Below are positions 8,224 through 12,955 of a DNA stretch of 12,955 nt, piece by piece. The stretch spans positions 1 through 12,955 of the forward strand of contig JAEOSH010000057.1 of assembly GCA_016840465.1 (NCBI GenBank), given 5' to 3'. The notes under the pieces were generated by a model. The model was not told the origin of the DNA. It ran no database searches and was given only the letters and a program-made list of their open reading frames with translations. The position numbers and the translations under genes are program-made. The stretch is from Candidatus Baldrarchaeum yapensis. GTDB taxonomy: Archaea > Asgardarchaeota > Baldrarchaeia > Baldrarchaeales > Baldrarchaeaceae. The first letter of the stretch is position 1, and every line of letters starts with the position of its first letter.

Positions 8224-9372
8224 TCACTCCACAAATGGGTTTTCAAATTGGAAAATAGCCTCCGCCACCTCAGGCCTCATGAACTCTGGTGGCGGCGTTT
8301 TGCCGCTCCTTATCATCTCCCTAATCTTTGTTCCACTAAACCGCAACCTAAAGGACTCATCATGAGGGCACACTCTCTCATTGACAATTGCACCACACTT
8401 TCTGCAGTAAAAGAACTCTCTGAAGAAGAGAGGGGTTATCCCCAGATCCGGAAACTCCTTGAATATTTCCTGTGCCTCGTAAGGACCGTAGTAGTTTCCA
8501 ACCCCCGCGTGATCACGCCCAACTATAAAGTGCGTACACCCAAAGTTCTTCCTCATGATCGCATGATGAATAGCCTCCCGGGGACCCGCATACCGCATCT
8601 CATAACGCACTATACTCAAAACCGCAGACTCCCGGGGGTAATAATTTCTAAGGAGAACCTCGTAGGCCGATAGTATAACATCGTCCCTAAAATCGCCGCG
8701 CTTTTTCCTACCTATAACCGGATTTATGAAAAGACCATCCACGAAAACGAGTGCTGACTTCTGAAGGTACTCATGACCAAGATGAGGAACATTTCTTGTC
8801 TGAAATCCAACTACGGTCTTCCATCCCCTCTCCCTGAACAGCACCCGCGTCTCAACCGGCCTTAATGTGTATCTTTCAAAGGGGTTCGGTGGATCATTAA
8901 TGAGATCAACTCTGCCGCCGATCAAGTATTTTCCCATGGAGAAAACCTTCGCAACACCGGGATGTGCGAGATCTGTTGTCTTAAACACGCATCTCGCAAA
9001 TCTTTCCTTGTCATATACGTAAATCTCCTCAACATGCAACACTGCAACTGGAATGTCTTCATAATACAGCATCACATCGTCACCGGGCTCTATTCTTGCC
9101 GCGGTTTTCTCATCAATGTCTAGCACTATCGGAATCGTCCACGGAAGATCATTTGGCAGACGCATGTCATCTAGAACGCTCAGAAACTCCTCTTCTAACA
9201 TGAAACCCTCAAGTGGACTGTATACACCGTAAGCTATGTTCTCGGCATCGAATGCCCTTCCCTGATCAATATTCAACCTTTCGAACTCGTCTACCTCCTC
9301 CAATATTCTCTCTCGCCTCTTGGACGCAAGCACCCTGTTGACAAGCCTACCTCCATGTGGCCTCGATATCAT
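8224..9372 (-). CDS. sat: Sulfate adenylyltransferase (ATP sulfurylase)
   Basis: PHGGRLVNR, YSPLEGFM, FQTRNVPHLGHE (QxRN/HxGH), MRYAGPREA, CTHFIVGRDHAGVG, SGTKIR. ATG 9372 with SD GGGGTG. Confidence 0.97.
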   Translation of the reverse strand: MISRPHGGRLVNRVLASKRRERILEEVDEFERLNIDQGRAFDAENIAYGVYSPLEGFMLEEEFLSVLDDMRLPNDLPWTIPIVLDIDEKTAARIEPGDDVMLYYEDIPVAVLHVEEIYVYDKERFARCVFKTTDLAHPGVAKVFSMGKYLIGGRVDLINDPPNPFERYTLRPVETRVLFRERGWKTVVGFQTRNVPHLGHEYLQKSALVFVDGLFINPVIGRKKRGDFRDDVILSAYEVLLRNYYPRESAVLSIVRYEMRYAGPREAIHHAIMRKNFGCTHFIVGRDHAGVGNYYGPYEAQEIFKEFPDLGITPLFFREFFYCRKCGAIVNERVCPHDESFRLRFSGTKIREMIRSGKTPPPEFMRPEVAEAIFQFENPFVE

Positions 9373-9383
9373 ATTACACACCC

Positions 9384-9617
9384 CTAAAGGTATCCAAGCG
9401 CCTTGAGTTTCTGCTTTATCCTCTCAACATCTTCCTCGGTAAACGGTTCGGAGGATCGCTCTGCCTCGTGCATCGCAACTATTTCCCTCAGAACATACGT
9501 CACATAATCGCTCACGCTCTTAAATCCCGTGTCTTTGATCAGATCCTTTATTCTCTCATAGAGAGATACTGGTATCGACACTGTTGTGTATTTTCTGCGT
9601 TGCTTCTCTTCATTCAC
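9384..9617 (-). CDS. CopG/ribbon-helix-helix transcriptional regulator with KLKALGYL tail
   Basis: YTTVSIPVSLYERIK...GFKSVSDYVTYVLRE is a typical RHH. GTG at 9617 follows SD AGGGGAG and is preferred over ORF start 9653. First gene of the operon. Confidence 0.88.
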   Translation of the reverse strand: MNEEKQRRKYTTVSIPVSLYERIKDLIKDTGFKSVSDYVTYVLREIVAMHEAERSSEPFTEEDVERIKQKLKALGYL

Positions 9618-9670
9618 CTTGAAAACTCCCCTTGCCCGACCGTGTAATGCCAAATCGTCATGGAACGGAA

Positions 9671-9720
9671 TTAATTACTGATAATTATACAATAATTAAT
9701 TATATGTAATTAAATCTTTC
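9671..9720 (-). promoter_or_regulatory. Operon promoter region (GAAAGA-TTTAATTA) overlapped by an array of TAATTA palindromes
   Basis: TAATTA at 9672, 9682, 9693, 9697 and 9707; 8-bp inverted repeat TTAATTAC (9671-9678) / GTAATTAA (9706-9713). Confidence 0.5.
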
Positions 9721-9862
9721 CCCTCCTTGACACTCGGACAAAAACCTCTACTCGTTCAGTTGCTAATTCCGTAAAAGTTCTCATTACATCGATGGAAAAG
9801 TGAAATTCCACGAGCAACTTACATGCCGAATATGGAATTTGAAAAGAAGAAAGACATGCAAG

Positions 9863-9940
9863 TGGTGCGGCCGCCGGGATTTGAACCCGGGTTACCGGCT
9901 CGGAAGGCCGGTGTCCTAGTCCAGGCTAGACGACGGCCGC
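9863..9940 (-). tRNA. tRNA-Gly(TCC), intronless, CCA encoded
   Basis: GCGGCCG acceptor stem, D arm, anticodon arm CCGGC-CTTCCGA-GCCGG, T arm CCGGG-TTCAAAT-CCCGG, ACCA end; 78 nt. Confidence 0.97.
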
Positions 9941-9966
9941 ATCATGTGCATAATTATTTCAAGGCA

Positions 9967-9988
9967 GTGAGTTTAAAAATTTACTCAC
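9967..9988 (-). promoter_or_regulatory. tRNA promoter TATA (TTTTTAAA) flanked by inverted repeat GTGAGT-N10-ACTCAC
   Basis: TATA-like box at 9979-9972, about 32 nt upstream of the mature tRNA 5' end; perfect 6-bp inverted repeat around it. Confidence 0.5.
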
Positions 9989-10109
9989 ATGAACCATCCG
10001 GATCATTTGAACGTAGAAAACGAGTATCGCTACCGGATGACAACACCACATTTGGAGTTGTTCATCTTTTAGAGCCAGCCGACCAAGGTCTATTGCTAGT
10101 GGAAGGATG

Positions 10110-10121
10110 AAAAATAAAAAA
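10110..10121 (-). terminator. Oligo-U tract (UUUUUUAUUUUU) right after the terminal hairpin of the ncRNA candidate
   Basis: Plus strand aaaaataaaaaa; archaeal intrinsic termination occurs at oligo-T tracts. Confidence 0.55.
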
Positions 10122-10283
10122 TGCCCCTTCGAGGGGCAGAACTGATCCGCTACCTTCCGTGGCTCCTCAGGGCCCCAGCCCCTTGGAACCCCGGAAGTTC
10201 ACGGATCTTTGAGCCACCTCTCTGCAGAGTCCTCTCGGACCCTACAGTTTGGTGGCACCGTTCCGCCCCTCGAAGGGGCATTT
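10119..10283 (-). ncRNA. Candidate structured ncRNA (~165 nt) closed by a perfect 19-bp terminal inverted repeat; MITE is the alternative
   Basis: AAATGCCCCTTCGAGGGGC at 10119-10137 is the exact reverse complement of 10265-10283. Internal 11-bp GAGA-tetraloop hairpin (10247-10222) and GUGGCUC/GAGCCAC stem. Wobble pairs are G-U on minus but A-C mismatches on plus. TATA upstream and U-tract downstream on minus. Confidence 0.65.
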
Positions 10284-10302
10284 ATTACTATAGTGCAGGG
10301 GT

Positions 10303-10316
10303 CTAATAAACTTTTG
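10303..10316 (-). promoter_or_regulatory. BRE-TATA-like promoter (CAAAAG-TTTATTAG) for the 10283-10119 element
   Basis: TATA centre about 10307 puts the TSS near 10281-10279, exactly the 5' end of the terminal stem. Confidence 0.5.
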
Positions 10317-10440
10317 TATTACTCAACGACTAAGAGAACAAATTTTTATTTTTGTAAAAATGATGCTTGTCATATGCAAAAGTTTATGGTTAATAAATGT
10401 TGACGAAGAAAATTTCGCATGTAATAAAGGAGTAGTGCTG

Positions 10441-11484
10441 TCACGTTGATGCATATCCTCCGTATTTGAATTCTATTTCTCTGTTCAGTATCTGGCAGGC
10501 GAGTGTGGACTTCTGATAGGCTCTTTCCATCTCGATTTCACAATTCCGTCCATATAACGTAATTATGATTTTGTTTTCGAGGGGTTGCACAGATATTTCC
10601 TCTACATTTTGCTCTTGTGAGTAGTCCAAGGCATCGGATATTCTTAATAGTGCTGACAGTTTTACTATAGTGTCCTTGAATTCCTCCTGAAGTTTATTAT
10701 TCTCACGGGGGTCTCCCGCCTTTGTACGGTGATACAATGCGACCCATTTGATAATTTCCACATCTGATGAGGACAGCACTCCTTTTATCGTTTCTTTCTC
10801 CTTTTCTATTAGGTTAAAAGTATGGATGTGGTGATGTGCTTCATCCACTTGGACTCCTATATCGTGGAGGACGGACGCAAATATTAGATGTCTTAAGGTG
10901 TCCTCTTTCAAATCGAGTTGTGCTTTTAATCCGTCAAACAGCATAATTGAGAGTTCAGCAACTCTAGCCGCATGCTCTATGCCTCTTCCGTAGTTATACT
11001 TTTCAGCAAGCTGAAGCACCGTTTCTATTTCGCGAGATTGAGCGACTGATATGAGCCTCTCGAAGAGTTGCAGCGTTCTTTCCTGCTTCCAAGATTCAGG
11101 AAACAGCAAGATGTCCTTTGCCACCTCATCACACGCCTCTTCGAAACTCTTTTTTCCGAAAAGCATGAGGTATGCTGCGGCAATTGTTCTACTCCTGCCA
11201 ATTCCGCCGTGACAGTGTACAAGCACCTTCTTCTTGTTTCTTATTTTATCAGCAATCCACGAAACTATCTTATAGAGCTGTAGCAGGTTGGGGGCTCCAA
11301 AATCAGGCACTGGAGTATGGAGCACTTCGACTCCATGTTTTTTCCACAGTATTGGGTCATATGTGAGTTCATAGGGCTGCACTAGGATGATCACAGCATC
11401 GAATTCTTCCGAGAGGGATGGAATCTCGCGCTTGGATGGTTGAGGGGAAGTTGCAAGTTTACCCTTTATTATCCAGTTGCACAT
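10441..11484 (-). CDS. Fusion: N-terminal Cys-based dual-specificity/PTP-like phosphatase + C-terminal Ppx/GppA-type HD domain
   Basis: PVPDFGAP acid loop and VHCHGGIGRS (CX5R) in the N half; HAARVAELS, LHDIG, HHHIH, ALYHR, LRISDALD in the C half. ATG 11484 follows SD GAAGGTGA (ORF track start 11502). Confidence 0.85.
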   Translation of the reverse strand: MCNWIIKGKLATSPQPSKREIPSLSEEFDAVIILVQPYELTYDPILWKKHGVEVLHTPVPDFGAPNLLQLYKIVSWIADKIRNKKKVLVHCHGGIGRSRTIAAAYLMLFGKKSFEEACDEVAKDILLFPESWKQERTLQLFERLISVAQSREIETVLQLAEKYNYGRGIEHAARVAELSIMLFDGLKAQLDLKEDTLRHLIFASVLHDIGVQVDEAHHHIHTFNLIEKEKETIKGVLSSSDVEIIKWVALYHRTKAGDPRENNKLQEEFKDTIVKLSALLRISDALDYSQEQNVEEISVQPLENKIIITLYGRNCEIEMERAYQKSTLACQILNREIEFKYGGYAST

Positions 11485-11546
11485 TTGTATCATCACCTTC
11501 ACTGTTAGGGGGTCTTAAACGTTGTAGGGCGCACGTTATATTGGGG

Positions 11547-11834
11547 ATGAGGATGAAATCTAAAACTGACGATTTAAGGGAGAAGGTTATGGCTGCGATT
11601 TCTACGTATAACAGGTACCATGGTGTCGAGGCTCATGCGAGGCTGCTCGAAATGCAAGAGGATTTGATAATTGTGGAAATATCTGGCAGTTTTTGCGCGA
11701 CGTGCGCGCCGGAGGAGTATCCGATCGATCTTCTTTGCGAGTTTATGGATCAGTTAGGGAGGGACGTTGTTTTGGAGTCGGTGGAAATAGACAATGAGGG
11801 AGGACGTGCGATTGCGAAGTATAGGGTTCTCTGA
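11547..11834 (+). CDS. Small conserved archaeal protein with CxxC (GSFCATC), NifU C-terminal-like
   Basis: YNRYHGVEA...VEISGSFCATCAPEEY. The longer ORF (11418) overlaps the divergent phosphatase gene, so start at ATG 11547 or 11553. The fold assignment is from memory of the family only. Confidence 0.7.
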   Translation: MRMKSKTDDLREKVMAAISTYNRYHGVEAHARLLEMQEDLIIVEISGSFCATCAPEEYPIDLLCEFMDQLGRDVVLESVEIDNEGGRAIAKYRVL

Positions 11835-11838
11835 AAAA

Positions 11839-12723
11839 TTAGCGGAGGTAGGTTTCGAGGATTTCTTCGAGGATCGGGAAGTAGTGTTTGGCAAGGGCAT
11901 TGCCGTTCTTCAGAAGAGAATGAGGTACGGGGCGCATATTGAATACTTTGGTGGGAGTCGACTCGGATGCTATCATGGAGAATGTGCATAGGTGGGGGTT
12001 GGGGTTTTTAAGGACAGCCTCGAAGAACTCTTTTGGTTCGTATGTCATTATATACGCGGGAGACACCGATATTACGACGGTTGCATGTCTCACTTCGTTG
12101 CAAGGGTACACGCTGTCGTTGAAGCTTTCTATCACTATGACATCCGGCTCGTATGTCACTAACTTGGAGAATGCGGATGATGTTGCAATAGAGTAGTATT
12201 TTTTGTGAAGTTTTAGGAATTCGTATTCGCTTTTGATAGTGATGAACCTGTCTTTCCCTATAATTTCTATTATGTCGGGTGTTGGCTTGAATAGCAGTTT
12301 CGACTGGCGGCAGTAGAAGACGTGCTCGGGTTTTTCATTCCAAAGTGAGAACCTTCCGGCGTAAAACCACGTGAAGGGGCTGGTAGTCACTAGGGTGCTT
12401 CTGGTATCCATCGGGTATTTAGCGAGGAATTCCATGTTTGGTATCGACATCAGCATATCTGCCGGGTTGATTGCTTCTATTGGTATGTTTCTTTCGGGTC
12501 CTTTGCTTTCACGCCAAAGTTCGAACGCATCTTGGGAGATTATATTCCTCATCCGGACGCATTGGAGGTAGTGGTCGTACTGCCACCAAATGCTGTGTGC
12601 AGAGAGCGGTTTAAACGGAATTACGGTTATTCCCTTGGACAGCAGAAATGCTATGAGCGTGCGACAGAATGTCGTCTTTCCCGAGTTTTCCGGGAGGGTT
12701 CCACAAATGAATACTGTTTTCAT
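11839..12723 (-). CDS. Predicted P-loop ATPase/GTPase (archaeal COG4028-like; dethiobiotin synthetase/CobQ-like N-terminus)
   Basis: VFICGTLPENSGKTT Walker A, FKPLSAH, IEAINPADML, VIVIESFND. ATG 12723 preferred over GTG 12807 because it gives the typical N-terminal beta strand and has an AT-rich TATA-like box about 30 nt upstream. Confidence 0.75.
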   Translation of the reverse strand: MKTVFICGTLPENSGKTTFCRTLIAFLLSKGITVIPFKPLSAHSIWWQYDHYLQCVRMRNIISQDAFELWRESKGPERNIPIEAINPADMLMSIPNMEFLAKYPMDTRSTLVTTSPFTWFYAGRFSLWNEKPEHVFYCRQSKLLFKPTPDIIEIIGKDRFITIKSEYEFLKLHKKYYSIATSSAFSKLVTYEPDVIVIESFNDSVYPCNEVRHATVVISVSPAYIMTYEPKEFFEAVLKNPNPHLCTFSMIASESTPTKVFNMRPVPHSLLKNGNALAKHYFPILEEILETYLR

Positions 12724-12811
12724 CGAGACATCACACGCAGTTGCACATTTAATATTAACGTTCCCAGCAACTGGAGGCTGTTTCATAAATAAATTCAACA
12801 TAAACACTCAT

Positions 12812-12955
12812 GGCTAGGCATCGGCCCGGGGGCGTCGGTCGCTGGTCCGAACGGCGCTGTCCGTCTCTGCCCCCTCGGGCCTCATCCTTTCCGCATCACA
12901 CGCACGTCTTTCCGGTGGCGATCCGCTCCACGTTCAGCGCAAGCGACAGCCACTT
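12812..12955 (-). ncRNA. 3' end of a GC-rich structured RNA, possibly SRP (7S) RNA; truncated by window edge
   Basis: Abrupt GC-rich block ending ...CGCCCCCG-GGCCGAU-GCCUAGCC, which resembles the archaeal SRP helix 1 3' strand, followed by U-rich sequence. No canonical helix-8 motif is visible in the 144 nt. Confidence 0.45.

Noticed and set aside
2821-9940. Genomic island integrated at the tRNA-Gly 3' end carrying the sulfate operon
   Set aside because: No duplicated tRNA 3' fragment (att site) and no integrase found in the window.
9995-10039. 7-bp inverted repeat CATCCGG/CCGGATG
   Set aside because: Short, widely spaced, no supporting context; consistent with chance.
10176-10205. 5S rRNA-like GAACCCCGGAAGUU on plus strand
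   Set aside because: No loop E, wrong overall length and helix register, and wobble pairs favour the minus strand.
9823-10306. ORFs 9823-10110 and 10121-10306 (+)
   Set aside because: They are antisense to the tRNA and the structured RNA candidate respectively, with no protein-like features.
853-12817. Remaining short ORFs overlapping pheT, tauE, cysC, AlkP, sat, PTP-HD and the NTPase gene
   Set aside because: Antisense or out-of-frame shadows of well-supported genes with no independent motifs.

Overview
Archaeal (probably thermophilic) genomic window, judged from the archaeal histone, archaeal-type PheRS and tRNA, GGTGA/GAGGTGA Shine-Dalgarno sites and BRE/TATA promoters. Contents in order: 5'-truncated pheS and pheT (+); an HMf-family histone (-); about 1.4 kb without credible genes, containing a promoter-led, GC-rich structured RNA candidate (-); an NAD-dependent sugar epimerase (+); a convergent six-gene minus-strand operon (RHH - sat - AlkP/NPP-family enzyme - cysC - TauE/SafE - RHH) for sulfate activation to PAPS, with no reductase or canonical sulfotransferase in the window; tRNA-Gly(TCC) (-); a second compact structured RNA candidate with promoter and U-tract terminator (10119-10283, -); an unusual Cys-phosphatase + Ppx-type HD domain fusion (-); a small divergent CxxC protein (+); a COG4028-like P-loop NTPase (-); and the truncated 3' end of a third GC-rich RNA, possibly SRP RNA. 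The best leads are the two unexplained ncRNA candidates, the PTP-HD fusion, and the sulfate-activation operon whose members share a C-terminal LxxLG[YC]L tail. All family calls come from motif recognition by eye; no database search or folding program was run.
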